NCBI GenBank assembly: GCA_964187785.1
Contig: OZ076416.1
Span: 54,932,001 to 54,996,000, forward strand
Direction of reading: 5' to 3'
Length of the DNA: 64,000 nucleotides
DNA from: Amphiscolops sp. MND2022
Taxonomy: Eukaryota
Numbering within the stretch: the first letter of the stretch is position 1; every line of letters starts with the position of its first letter. The notes under the pieces were generated by a model. The model ran no database searches. It was not told where the DNA came from and saw nothing but the letters and a program-made list of their open reading frames with translations. The translations under genes and the position numbers were made by a program. Below, in pieces: positions 1 through 12,579 of this stretch.

Positions 1-812
1 TAGAAATTCGAAGAGTTTTGGGTCAGAAGAAAATTGAATTTGTTGAACTTTGTTGAATTTGAACTTCGAATATTATTCTCTTGTGCAGTGCATTTCTCTT
101 GTGCGTATTTAGAAATTCATTCGAGAAAACAATGTCACGTGCCTCCCCCCACTGTCTTAGTAAAACTCAGACAACACTGATCTGTAAAGCTTGAAATGCT
201 GTAATCTAGTGCCCAGTTTAAGCACAGTTAAGTTTAAGCCCAGTTCAAAAGTTCTTATGTTTTGGTGAAAGAACGTCGATCGGTTAATGCTGCCTTCGAG
301 TGTGACGAGAAAAGCACTGGAGACACCGCCAAGCTCTGGTCAATCCGAGCGTTTGTATTCTGACTGTGGGTTAACGGTTTTTGAGAAACGGCGAATTTTC
401 CCCGAGTTTTCTCCCCAGTTGAAAACGGCTAGTATAAATTAATGAATTTGACAATCATGCCGGCCCGTTGCCGAGTCTAGGTATAATACAGTCTCGATGA
501 TAATACAGTCTTCAGATGAATAACGTTCTAGCTCGTTCACTTTTTTTGTTCAAATAGCAAACTTCTTTTTGTAGTGTTGTGATAACTTTGCCTTTCCCAT
601 TAATATTTGAAACTAATTCCGATAGAAATTCGAAGAATTTTGGGTCAGAAGATCTTTGAATTTGTTGAACTTTGTTGAATTTGAACTTTGAATATTATTC
701 TCTTGTGCAGTGCATTTCTCTTGTGCGTATTTAAAAATTTATTCGAGAAAACAATGTCACGTGCCTCCCCCCACTGTCTTAGTAAAACTCAGACAACACT
801 GATCTGTAGAGC

Positions 813-1064
813 TTGAAGTGCTGTAATCTAGTGCCCAGTTCAAGTACAGTTAAGTTTAAGCCCAGTTCAAACGTTCTTATGTTTTGGGGAAAGAACGTCA
901 ATCGGTTTATGCTGCTTTCGAGTGTGACGAGAAAAGTACTGGAGACACCGCCAAGCTCTGGTCAATCCGAGCGTTTGTATTCTGACTGTGGGTTAACGGT
1001 TTTTGAGAGACGGCGAATTTTCCCCGAGTTTTCTCCCCAGTTGAAAACGGCTAGTATAAATTAA
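813..1064 (+). pseudogene. hAT transposase C-terminal dimerisation-domain fragment (representative copy; one per array unit)
   Basis: NVLMFWGKNVNRFMLLSSVTRKVLETPPSSGQSERLYSDCGLTVFERRR matches the hAT C-terminal consensus (L.WW...F..L..LARKYL..PA(S/T)S..SER.FS..G..V...R). The frame starts at TTG, there is no DDE core, and unit 1 has an in-frame TGA. Confidence 0.85.
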
Positions 1065-4000
1065 TGAATTTGACAATCATGCCGGCCCGTTGCCGAGTCT
1101 AGGTATAATACAGTCTCGATGATAATACAGTCTTCAGATGAATAACGTTCTAGCTCGTTCACTTTTTTGTTCAAATAGCAAACTTCTTTTTGTAGTGTTG
1201 TGATAACTTTGCCTTTCCCAATAATATTTGAAACTAATTCCGATAGAAATTCGGAGAGTTTTGGGTCAGAAGATCTTTGAATTTGTTGAACTTTGTTGAA
1301 TTTGAACTTTGAATATTATTCTCTTGTGCAGTGCATTTCTCTTGTGCGTATTTAGAAATTTATTCGAGAAAACAATGTCACGTGCCTCCCCCACTGTCTT
1401 AGTAAAACTCAGACAACACTGATCTGTAGAGCTTGAAATGCTGTAATCTAGTGCCCAGTTTAAGCACAGTTAAGTTTAAGCCCAGTTCAAACGTTCTTAT
1501 GTTTTGGGGAAAGAACGTCGATCGGTTAATGCTGCCTTCGAGTGTGACGAGAAAAGCACTGGAGACACCGCCAAGCTCTGGTCAATCCGAGCGTTCGTAT
1601 TCTGACTGCGGGTTAACGGTTTTTGAGAGACGGCGAGTTTTCTCCCCAGTTAAAAACGGCTAGTATAAATTAATGAATTTGACAATCATGCCGGCCCGTT
1701 GCCGAGTCTAGGTATAATACAGTCTCGATGATAATACAGTCTTCAGATGAATAACGTTCTAGCTCGTTCACTTTTTTGTTCAAATAGCAAACTTCTTTTT
1801 GTAGTGTTGTGATAACTTTGCCTTTCCCATTAATATTTGAAACTAATTCCGATAGAAATTCGAAGAGTTTTGGGTCAGAAGATCTTTGAATTTGTTGAAC
1901 TTTGTTGAATTTGAACTTTGAATATTATTCTCTTGTGCAGTGCATTTCTCTTGTGCGTATTTAAAAATTTATTCGAGAAAACAATGTCACGTGCCTCCCC
2001 CCACTGTCTTAGTAAAACTCAGACAACACTGATCTGTAGAGCTTGAAGTGCTGTAATCTAGTGCCCAGTTCAAGTACAGTTAAGTTTAAGCCCAGTTCAA
2101 ACGTTCTTATGTTTTGGGGAAAGAACGTCAATCGGTTTATGCTGCTTTCGAGTGTGACGAGAAAAGTACTGGAGACACCGCCAAGCTCTGGTCAATCCGA
2201 GCGTTTGTATTCTGACTGTGGGTTAACGGTTTTTGAGAGACGGCGAATTTTCCCCGAGTTTTCTCCCCAGTTGAAAACGGCTAGTATAAATTAATGAATT
2301 TGGCAATCATGCCGGCCCGTTGCCGAGTCTAGGTATAATACAGTCTCGATGATAATACAGTCTTCAGATGAATAACGTTCTAGCTCGTTCACTTTTTTGT
2401 TCAAATAGCAAACTTCTTTTTGTAGTGTTGTGATAACTTTGCCTTTCCCAATAATATTTGAAACTAATTCCGATAGAAATTCGGAGAGTTTTGGGTCAGA
2501 AGAAAATTGAATTTGTTGAACTTTGTTGAATTTGAACTTTAAATATTATTCTTTTGTGCAGTGCATTTCGCTTGTGCGTATTTAAAAATTCATTCGAGAA
2601 AACAATGTCACGTGCCTCCCCCAATGTCTTAGTAAAACTCAGACAACACTGATCTGTAGAGCTTGAAATGCTGTAATCTAGTGCCCAGTTTAAGCACAGT
2701 TAAGTTTAAGCCCAGTTCAAACGTTCTTATGTTTTGGCGAAAGAACGTCGATCGGTTTATGCTGCTTTCGTGTGTGGCGAGAAAAGTACTGGGGACACCG
2801 CCAAGCTCTGGTCAATCCGAGCGTTTGTATTCTGACTGTGGGTTAACGGTTTTTGAGAAACGGCGAATTTTCCCCGAGTTTTCTCCCCAGTTAAAAAAAG
2901 CCAGTATAAATTAATGAATTTGACAATCATGCCGGCCCGTTGCCGAGTCTAGGTATAATACAGTCTCGATGATAATACAGTCTTCAGATGAATAACGTTC
3001 TAGCTCGTTCACTTTTTTGTTGAAATAGCAAACTTCTTTTTGTAATGTTGTGATAACTTTGCCTTTCCCATTAATATTTGAAACTAGTTCCGATAGAAAT
3101 TCGAAGAGTTTTGGGTCAGAAGAACTTTGAATTTGTTGAACATTGTTGAATTTGAACTTTGAATATTATTCTCTTGTGCAGTGCATTTCTCTTGTGCGTA
3201 TTTAAAAATTTATTCGAGAAAACAATGTCACGTGCCTCCCCCCACTGTCTTAGTAAAACTCAGACAACACTGATCTGTAGAGCTTGAAATGCTGTAATCT
3301 AGTGCCCAATTTAAGCACAGTTAAGTTTAAGCCCAGTTCAAACGTTCTTATGTTTTGGGGAAAGAACGTCGATCGGTTTATGCTGCTTTCGAGTGTGACG
3401 AGAAAAGTACTGGAGACACCGCCAAGCTCTGGTCAATCCGAGCGTTTGTATTCTGACTGTGGGTTAACGGTTTTGGAGAGACGGCGAGTTTTCTCCCCAG
3501 TTAAAAACGGCTAGTATAAATTAATGAATTTGACAATCATGCCGGCCCGTTGCCGAGTCTAGGTATAATACAGTCTCGATGATAATACAGTCTTCAGATG
3601 AATAACGTTCTAGCTCGTTCACTTTTTTGTTGAAATAGCAAACTTCTTTTTGTAATGTTGTGATAACTTTGCCTTTCCCATTAATATTTGAAACTAATTC
3701 CGATAGAAATTCGAAGAGTTTTGGGTCAGAAGAAAATTTAATTTGTTGAACTTTGTTGAATTTGAACTTCGAATATTATTCTCTTGTGCAGTGCATTTCT
3801 CTTGTGCGTATTTAGAAATTTATTCGAGAAAACAATGTCACGTGCCTCTCCCCACTGTCTTAGTAAAACTCAGACAACACTGATCTGTAGAGCTTGAAGT
3901 GCTGTTATCTAGTGCCCAGTTCAAGTACAGTTAAGTTTAAGCCCAGTTCAAACGTTCTTATGTTTTGGGGAAAGAACGTCAATCGGTTTATGCTGCTTTC

Positions 4001-7000
4001 GAGTGTGACGAGAAAAGTACTGGAGACACCGCCAAGCTCTGGTCAATCCGAGCGTTTGTATTCTGATTGTGGGTTAACGGTTTTTGAGAAACGGCGAATT
4101 TTCCCCGAGTTTTCTCCCCAGTTGAAAACGGCTAGTATAAATTAATGAATTTGACAATCATGCCGGCCCGTTGCCGAGTCTAGGTATAATACAGTCTCGA
4201 TGATAATACAGTCTTCAGATGAATAACGTTCTAGCTCGTTCACTTTTTTTGTTCAAATAGCAATCTTCTTTTTGTAGTGTTGTGATAACTTTGCCTTTCC
4301 CATTAATATTTGAAACTAATTCCGATAGAAATTCGAAGAGTTTTGGGTCAGAAGATCTTTGAATTTGTTGAACTTTGTTGAATTTGAACTTTGAATATTA
4401 TTCTCTTGTGCAGTGCATTTCTCTTGTGCGTATTTAAAAATTTATTCGAGAAAACAATGTCACGTGCCTCCCCCCACTGTCTTAGTAAAACTCAGACAAC
4501 ACTGATCTGTAGAGCTTGAAGTGCTGTAATCTAGTGCCCAGTTCAAGTACAGTTAAGTTTAAGCCCAGTTCAAACGTTCTTATGTTTTGGGGAAAGAACG
4601 TCAATCGGTTTATGCTGCTTTCGAGTGTGACGAGAAAAGTACTGGAGACACCGCCAAGCTCTGGTCAATCCGAGCGTTTGTATTCTGACTGTGGGTTAAC
4701 GGTTTTTGAGAGACGGCGAATTTTCCCCGAGTTTTCTCCCCAGTTGAAAACGGCTAGTATAAATTAATGAATTTGACAATCATGCCGGCCCGTTGCCGAG
4801 TCTAGGTATAATACAGTCTCGATGATAATACAGTCTTCAGATGAATAACGTTCTAGCTCGTTCACTTTTTTGTTCAAATAGCAAACTTCTTTTTGTAGTG
4901 TTGTGATAACTTTGCCTTTCCCAATAATATTTGAAACTAATTCCGATAGAAATTCGGAGAGTTTTGGGTCAGAAGATCTTTGAATTTGTTGAACTTTGTT
5001 GAATTTGAACTTTGAATATTATTCTCTTGTGCAGTGCATTTCTCTTGTGCGTATTTAGAAATTTATTCGAGAAAACAATGTCACGTGCCTCCCCCCACTG
5101 TCTTAGTAAAACTCAGACAACACTGATCTGTAGAGCTTGAAATGCTGTAATCTAGTGCCCAGTTTAAGCACAGTTAAGTTTAAGCCCAGTTCAAACGTTC
5201 TTATGTTTTGGGGAAAGAACGTCGATCGGTTAATGCTGCCTTCGAGTGTGACGAGAAAAGCACTGGAGACACCGCCAAGCTCTGGTCAATCCGAGCATTT
5301 GTATTCTGACTGTGGGTTAACGGTTTTTGAGAGACGGCGAGTTTTCCCCGAGTTTTCTCCCCAGTTAAAAACGGCTAGTATAAATTAATGAATTTGACAA
5401 TCATGCCGGCCCGTTGCCGAGTCTAGGTATAATACAGTCTCGATGATAATACAGTCTTCAGATGAATAACGTTCTAGCTCGTTCACTTTTTTGTTGAAAT
5501 AGCAAACTTCTTTTTGTAATGTTGTGATAACTTTGCCTTTCCCATTAATATTTGAAACTAGTTCCGATAGAAATTCGAAGAGTTTTGGGTCAGAAGAACT
5601 TTGAAATTGTTGAACTTTGTTGAATTTGAACTTTGAATATTATTCTCTTGTGCAGTGCATTTCTCTTGTGCGTATTTAAAAATTTATTCGAGAAAACAAT
5701 GTCACGTGCCTCCCCCCACTGTCTTAGTAAAACTCAGACAACACTGATCTGTAGAGCTTGAAATGCTGTAATCTAGTGCCCAATTTAAGCACAGTTAAGT
5801 TTAAGCCCAGTTCAAACGTTCTTATGTTTTGGGGAAAGAACGTCGATCGGTTTATGCTGCTTTCGAGTGTGACGAGAAAAGTACTGGAGACACCGCCAAG
5901 CTCTGGTCAATCCGAGCGTTTGTATTCTGACTGTGGGTTAACGGTTTTTGAGAGACGGCGAGTTTTCTCCCCAGTTAAAAACGGCTAGTATAAATTATTG
6001 AATTTGACAATCATGCCGGCCCGTTGCCGAGTCTAGGTATAATACAGTCTCGATGATAATACAGTCTTCAGATGAATAACGATAGCAAACTTCTTTTTGT
6101 AATGTTGTGATAACTTTGCCTTTCCCATTAATATTTGAAACTAATTCCGATAGAAATTCGAAGAGTTTTGAGTCAGAAGAACTTTGAATTTGTTGAACTA
6201 AGTTGAATTTGAACTTTGAATATTATTCTCTTGTGCAGTGCATATCTCTTGTGCGTATTTAGAAAATTATACGAGAAAACAATGTCACGTGCCTCCCCCA
6301 CTGTCTTAGTAAAACTCAGAAAACACTGATCTGTAGAGCTTGAAATGCTGTAATCTAGTGCCCAGATTAAGCACAGTTAAGTTTAAGCCCAGTTCAAACG
6401 TTCTTATGTTTTGGGGAAAGAACGTCGATCGGTTTATGCTGCTTTCGAGTGTGACGAGAAAAGTACTGGAGACACCGCCAAGCTCTGGTCAATCCGAGCG
6501 TTTGTATTCTGACTGTGGGTTAACGGTTTTTGAGAGACGGCGAGTTTTCTCCCCAGTTAAAAACGGCTAGTATAAATTAATGAATTTGACAATCATGCCG
6601 GCCCGTTGCCGAGTCTAGGTATAATACAGTCTCGATGATAATACAGTCTTCAGATGAATAACGTTCTAGCTCGTTCACTTTTTTGTTCAAATTCCAAACT
6701 TCTTTTTGTAATGTTGTGATAACTTTGCCTTTCCCATTAATATTTGAAACTAATTCCGATAGAAATTCGAAGAGTTTTGGGTCAGAAGAACTTTGAATTT
6801 GATGAACTTTGTTGAATTTGAACTTTGAATATTATTCTCTTGTGCAGTGCATTTCTCTTGTGCGTATTTAGAAATTTATTCGAGAAAACAATGTCACGTG
6901 CCTCCCCCCACTGTCTTAGTAAAACTCAGACAACACTGATCTATAGAGCTTGAAATGCTGTAATCTAGTGCCCAGTTTAAGCACAGTTAAGTTTAGGCCC

Positions 7001-9038
7001 AGTTCAAACGTTCTTGTGTTTTGGGGAAAGAACGTCGATCGGTTTATGCTGCTTTCGAGTGTGCCGAGAAAAGTACTGGAGACACCGCCAAGCTCTGGTC
7101 AATCCGAGCGTTTGTATTCTGACTGCGGGTTAACGGTTTTTGAGAGACGGCGAGTTTTCTCCCCAGTTAAAAACGGCTAGTATAAATTAATGAATTTGAC
7201 AATCATGCCGGCCCGTTGCCGAGTCTAGGTATAAAACAGTCTCGATGATAATACAGTCTTCAGATGAATAACGTTCTAGCTCGTTCACTTTTTTGTTCAA
7301 ATAGCAAACTTCTTTTTGTAATGTTGTGATAACTTTGCCTTTCCCATTAATATTTGAAACTAATTCCGATAGAAATTCGAAGAGTTTTGGGTCAGAAGAA
7401 CTTTGAATTTGATGAACTTTGTTGAATTTGAACTTTGAATATTATTCTCTTGTGCAGTGCATTTCTCTTGTGCGTATTTAGAAATTTATTCGAGAAAACA
7501 ATGTCACGTGCCTCCCCCCACTGTCTTAGTAAAACTCAGACAACACTGATCTATAGAGCTTGAATTGCTGTAATCTAGTGCCCAGTTTAAGCACAGTTAA
7601 GTTTAAGCCCAGTTCAAACATTCTTATGTTTTGGGGAAAGAACGTCGATCGGTTTAAGCTGCTTTCGAGTGTGACGAGAAAAGTACTGGAGACACCGCCA
7701 AGCTCTGGTCAATCCGAGCGTTTGTATTCTGACTGTGGGTTAACGGTTTTTGAGAGACGGCGAGTTTTCTCCCCAGTTAAAAACGGCTAGTATAAATTAA
7801 TGAATTTGACAATCATGCCGGCCCGTTGCCGAGTCTAGGTATAATACAGTCTCGATGATAATACAGTCTTCAGATGAATAACGTTCTAGCTCGTTCACTT
7901 TTTTGTTCAAATAGCAAACTTCTTTTTGTAATGTTGTGATAACTTTGCCTTTCCCATTAATATTTGAAACTAATTCCGATAGAAATTCGAAGAGTTTTGG
8001 GTCAAAAGAACTTTGAATTTGTTGAACTTTGTTGAATTTGAACTTTGAATATTATTCTCTTGTGCAGTGCATTTCTCTTGTGCGTATTTAGAAATTTATT
8101 CGAGAAAACAATGTCACGTGCCTCCCCCCACTGTCTTAGTAAAACTCAGACAACACTGATCTATAGAGCTTGAATTTCTGTAATCTAGTGCCCAGTTTAA
8201 GCACAGTTAAGTTTAAGCCCAGTTCAAACGTTCTTATGTTTTGGCGAAAGAACGTCGATCGGTTTATGCTGCTTTCGTGTGTGGCGAGAAAAGTACTGGG
8301 GACACCGCCAAGCTCTGGTCAATCCGAGCGTTTGTATTCTGACTGTGGGTTAACGGTTTTTGAGAAACGGCGAATTTTCCCCGAGTTTTCTCCCCAGTTA
8401 AAAACGGCTAGTATAAATTAATGAATTTGACAATCATGCCGGCCCGTTGCCGAGTCTAGGTATAATACAGTCTCGATGATAATACAGTCTTCAGATGAAT
8501 AACGTTCTAGCTCGTTCACTTTTTTGTTCAAATAGCAAACTTCTTTTTGTAATGTTGTGATAACTTTGCCTTTCCCATTAATATTTGAAACTAATTCCGA
8601 TAGAAATTCGAAGAGTTTTGGGTCAAAAGAACTTTGAATTTGTTGAACTTTGTTGAATTTGAACTTTGAATATTATTCTCTTGTGCAGTGCATTTCTCTT
8701 GTGCGTATTTAGAAATTTATTCGAGAAAACAATGTCACGTGCCTCCCCCCACTGTCTTAGTAAAACTCAGACAACACTGATCTATAGAGCTTGAATTGCT
8801 GTAATCTAGTGCCCAGTTTAAGCACAGTTAAGTTTAAGCCCAGTTCAAACGTTCTTATGTTTTGGCGAAAGAACGTCGATCGGTTTATGCTGCTTTCGTG
8901 TGTGGCGAGAAAAGTACTGGGGACACCGCCAAGCTCTGGTCAATCCGAGCGTTTGTATTCTGACTGTGGGTTAACGGTTTTTGAGAAACGGCGAATTTTC
9001 CCCGAGTTTTCTCCCCAGTTAAAAAAAGCCAGTATAAA

Positions 9039-9240
9039 TTAATGAATTTGACAATCATGCCGGCCCGTTGCCGAGTCTAGGTATAATACAGTCTCGATGA
9101 TAATACAGTCTTCAGATGAATAACGTTCTAGCTCGTTCACTTTTTTGTTCAAATAGCAAACTTCTTTTTGTAATGTTGTGATAACTTTGCCTTTCCCATT
9201 AATATTTGAAACTAATTCCGATAGAAATTCGAAGAGTTTT
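9039..9240 (-). pseudogene. LINE ORF1-like (coiled-coil + LE.YS motif) fragment (representative copy; one per array unit)
   Basis: LQKEVCYLNKKVNELERYSSEDCIII resembles the coiled-coil-LEQYSR..L.I motif of L1/CR1-type ORF1 proteins. A shifted frame just downstream reads RLG...MIVKF, resembling the HRLG...IVKF RRM segment. Recognised by eye only. Confidence 0.5.
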
Positions 9241-9379
9241 GTGTGCCACTCATGGTTCTTGGTTGTCGCTGTGAACATCTTCACCGAACCTCATGTAGCA
9301 CACATGAACAACTAACATCAATATGACTTTCGATTGGTAGCAAAAAGTCTTTGGTTTTTGGACTGCCGGACAAATTGCA

Positions 9380-9700
9380 GCTGCTGGAGGCGAGGGTATC
9401 GCAAGACTAGAATCTGCGCGAGCTTAATTTCGCCAAAAACGGTGTTTCGTTTGCAATTAGAACGGACATTACCGACTTCAACCGCCTTGATTGGCTGTTT
9501 TGATTTCTGGAAAGCATGAATCAGAAAAAGGAACTTGTATGGATGGCCAGCTGTGACATCGGAATAAACAAACAGAAACCATCAAGAAGCAAGAGAACAC
9601 GTATCTGAATTATCAAATGACGAAAGACTTTTTGGAGTCCAGCTGCTCCCGAATTGGATATTAAATCGACTCTGGAGAAGCAAGAGCATGTCCCAAATCA
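9380..9700 (+). pseudogene. Possible decayed gag/protease remnant of an LTR retrotransposon
   Basis: KRCFVCN*NGHYRLQP near 9437 is a degenerate CX2CX4H knuckle lacking the last Cys. *IDSGEA near 9665 is a retropepsin-like D-S-G. Several stops are present. Confidence 0.3.
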
Positions 9701-10630
9701 TTAGACTGTGGATCAAAGGTAAGGTTCGAGACGCGAATTTTCTCGTGTGATACTCAATGGAATTGCGTTACCTACGGTTGAATGAGATTATTTTTATATT
9801 TTTACGTTCTTGGGTCTTGAGTTTGCGAGATGCCCATTTGGTGGTTTTTTTTCGCATATTTCGCAAACATGTGCCTATTTTTCAAGCTTGAGGCAAATTT
9901 CTCAAAACCGAAAAAAGATATGGATACCATGTTTTTGCTAAAAGTCACACAAGATCCTAGGCTACATTTTCGTCGAAAAAATAAAAAAAACTGACTTGGT
10001 TTTTTTGCAAAGAAGTTTCGAAAAAACGCAAATTTTGAGTGTTTCTCATCTTTGATCCCCTATATCTAAGAACTGAGACCGAATACAGAGTGCATGGTTT
10101 CGTAAATTATACAAGCATTTTATAGGCTACATTTTACTTGTTTTTAATACTACTTGGGCAAAAATTTTCTCATTTGTAGTTCATATTTCTCAAAAGTGAT
10201 TAAAAAACACAGAAACCATTCTCCCTCAAGAAGTACAGCACGGATGTAGGCTAGTTTTTGTACCAACTCAGTTTCCGTCATCAAGTATGACGCCTTCGTT
10301 TTTCTACTCGTTTTTTCATTTTTTTCCAACTTCTTTCATACTCGAGCTCCTTTATCTCAAGACCGAGACGAAATACGGAGTCCATGGTTTCGTAAAATTT
10401 ACGAGGCTTCTGTAGTCTACGTTTTAGGCTAAAAATGACGTCGAATTTTTTTCGTTATTTTTTTGGGCAAATAAAGGGATGAAAAAATCTCCTTTTTTCC
10501 TATTTGTGACCGATTTTTCTGAATTGAAAATAGATACAGAAACCATTCGTCCTCAAAAAGGGTGTGGTCTAGTTTTTTACCATCTAAGTTTCCGTCCTGA
10601 AGTATGGCGAATTCGGGTTTCAGCCATCAA

Positions 10631-10688
10631 TACATTTCCTCTCATTACATTTCCTCTCATTACATTTCCTCTCAATACATTTCCTCTC
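10631..10688 (+). repeat. 15-bp minisatellite, about 4 copies (TACATTTCCTCTCAT/A)
   Basis: Direct reading: units start at 10631, 10646, 10661 and 10676. Confidence 0.9.
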
Positions 10689-11144
10689 CTCATTTTTCTT
10701 TAAAGTTTCATTCATCCTTTTAGTTCTTTCAAAATTTCCTGATCTGAGACATAAGTTCACATGGTTTTGGGCCCTGAAATATACACAATTTGGAGCGCCT
10801 TCTGCAGACCATTGAACGTTTCTGTCGAAGTTAAGCGCTACATATCGCGCCTATGTTTTGAAATCACATTGGATCAAGTATGGTAAGTGAAGAATCATGT
10901 TCTCATGAATCATCAATAAATCATCGATAACCAGAGCCGCATGTGCGGTAAAAGAGTCGGATACGGATCAAAATATTGAAAAAATTAGGATATTATTCGA
11001 GACACATACACTTTTTCTAAGCAAAAACTAAAAGGACCGCGCGTATTGAAACCACAAGTTAGTTTTTAAAAGCTTGTTTGTGCCCATAGTACAGAGGGGG
11101 CGTGTCCGTAAAGAAAAATTGAAAGAAAAAGCAAAGAAGAACAG

Positions 11145-11417
11145 GTGTCAAAACGCTGCAAGCTGCAGAGTTCTCATGAATTGGATTTTCATTCCGAAGG
11201 TGTCACATTTTTCAGGCAATTCGATTTTTTTGCTCTGAAAAGATTGAGACTTAGAGAATCGGACCTTTTGGCCTGGCAGGATAGTAGATTCTACGTAGTG
11301 GACCAGAAAGTAAGGACTGAAATGCTGATACAGGTCGCATTTAATGAAAACTTTTCTGAAGCCGGAATAAAAAAATTGGCTTCAGGTACGTTTACTGATA
11401 GAGGTAACTTACCTTGA
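11145..11417 (+). pseudogene. Possible C-terminal remnant of a DNA transposase
   Basis: DLLAWQDSRFYVVDQKVRTEMLIQVAFNENFSEAGIKKL loosely follows the W.....Y......V....V.ND..ERGVK pattern recalled from some invertebrate DDE transposases. No termini were found. Confidence 0.3.
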
Positions 11418-11691
11418 ATTGGAGATGCAGAATTAGCGAGGAAAGCCTTTTTAGTACAAAAGTAGTGAAAAGGTGGATCACGGATCCGACCGTTTTTCTT
11501 CGGTAGTACCTATAGTTGTAGAAACTTGTTCGAGCATCAAATGATGCTCTCTTGTGGCAGCGCAATCACCAAAGTGGCCTCATGGATGGCGTTAAATTAG
11601 TCTGAGCACGCTAACGCTCATTGCACGAAGTTTTTAGTGAGTTTTTTGGAGGTTTCTAATGAGTTAAAAATCTCACACAATCCTGAGACGT

Positions 11692-12279
11692 AACCAGAGC
11701 CGCATACGCGGTAAAGGAGTCGGCTTAAGTATTTTTCCTTCTAACTCGCTCGAATCCCAGTCACGCGAATTTGATGAAATTGCAAATATAGGACCATAAT
11801 GTGGTGTAGAATCACTCTACAAAATTTCGTTCGAATTGTATGGACAGGTTTTGCGAAAATTGAAAAAGTCCAAAAATAGCCGTTTTTTGATCATTTTAGG
11901 ACTATTTTTGGCTTTGTTTCTCAGCTGCCAGTCATACGATTTTGATGCCAATGCACATATAGGACTCTAATATGGGGTAGAATGACTGTAGAAAATTTCG
12001 TTCGAATCGTATGGACAGTTTTTGATAAAATTGGAAAAAGTCCAAAATTGGCTGTTTTCTGGCCATTTTTAGGCTCATTTTGGCAATGTTTATCAGATCC
12101 CAGCTATACGATTTTGATGCCATTGCGTACGCAAGAGCTCCTTTGGGTGTAGAATGACTGCAAAACTTTATGAAAATAGTATGGACAGTTTTTGAGAAAT
12201 TTGAGATTTTCATTGAAAGGTTGGGAGAAAAAACGTCACGACTGCATAAGTAGTCGAAAATTTTTCCGACATCTAAAAA
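11692..12279 (-). mobile_element. Helentron/DINE-1-like non-autonomous element, family B
   Basis: In element orientation it starts TTTTT-AG(G)AGTCGG (degenerate here) and ends CCGACTCCT + palindrome CCGC(G)TATGCGG + CTCTGGTT, with internal ~170-bp repeats. An isolated 3' terminus also occurs at about 10930. Confidence 0.7.
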
Positions 12280-12556
12280 TGAGAATTCATAAACTTTCAA
12301 AAATCCCTTAAAAGGATGATGAAGGCTTCTTTAATAAGGATAACTCGTGGTCGAAGCAAGTGATAAAGATTTCCCTCTTGAAGTTTCTTCGGAAAAAATG
12401 GAAAAAGCACTTAACTTTCTTATACAGTTCAAGCCAAAACCACATTCAAGAGTTCCCATTAATTCCCGGTTTATATTTGCCTTCTGTATTCAGGATCCAA
12501 AAGGCATTAGTAATTGTGCTCCCAACTTTATAAGCCGCAATTAATTCATGCTCCTG

Positions 12557-12562
12557 TTTATT
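12557..12562 (-). promoter_or_regulatory. Candidate polyadenylation signal (AATAAA) of galactokinase
   Basis: AATAAA on the minus strand about 100 nt downstream of the TAA stop. Confidence 0.5.
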
Positions 12563-12579
12563 TTGTCTACGGTGTGATA

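Larger units (their letters stand above)
1..9240. repeat. Head-to-tail tandem array (satellite), 15 complete units of 583-622 bp plus 19 bp of a 16th; continues beyond the left edge
   Basis: The anchor TAGAAATTCG recurs at 1, 623, 1244, 1853, 2474, 3094, 3704, 4326, 4947, 5568, 6151, 6760, 7370, 7980, 8601 and 9222. Units are near-identical. Two length classes differ by an 11-bp indel (attttccccga), and unit 10 has an extra 27-bp deletion near 6080. Confidence 0.98.

Noticed and set aside
1-9240. CRISPR array, rDNA or multicopy gene cluster
   Set aside because: Units are ~615 bp and near-identical throughout, with no unique spacers and no rRNA or snRNA motifs; the DNA is eukaryotic with spliceosomal introns. 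The 76/83-aa ORFs begin at TTG and are transposase fragments.
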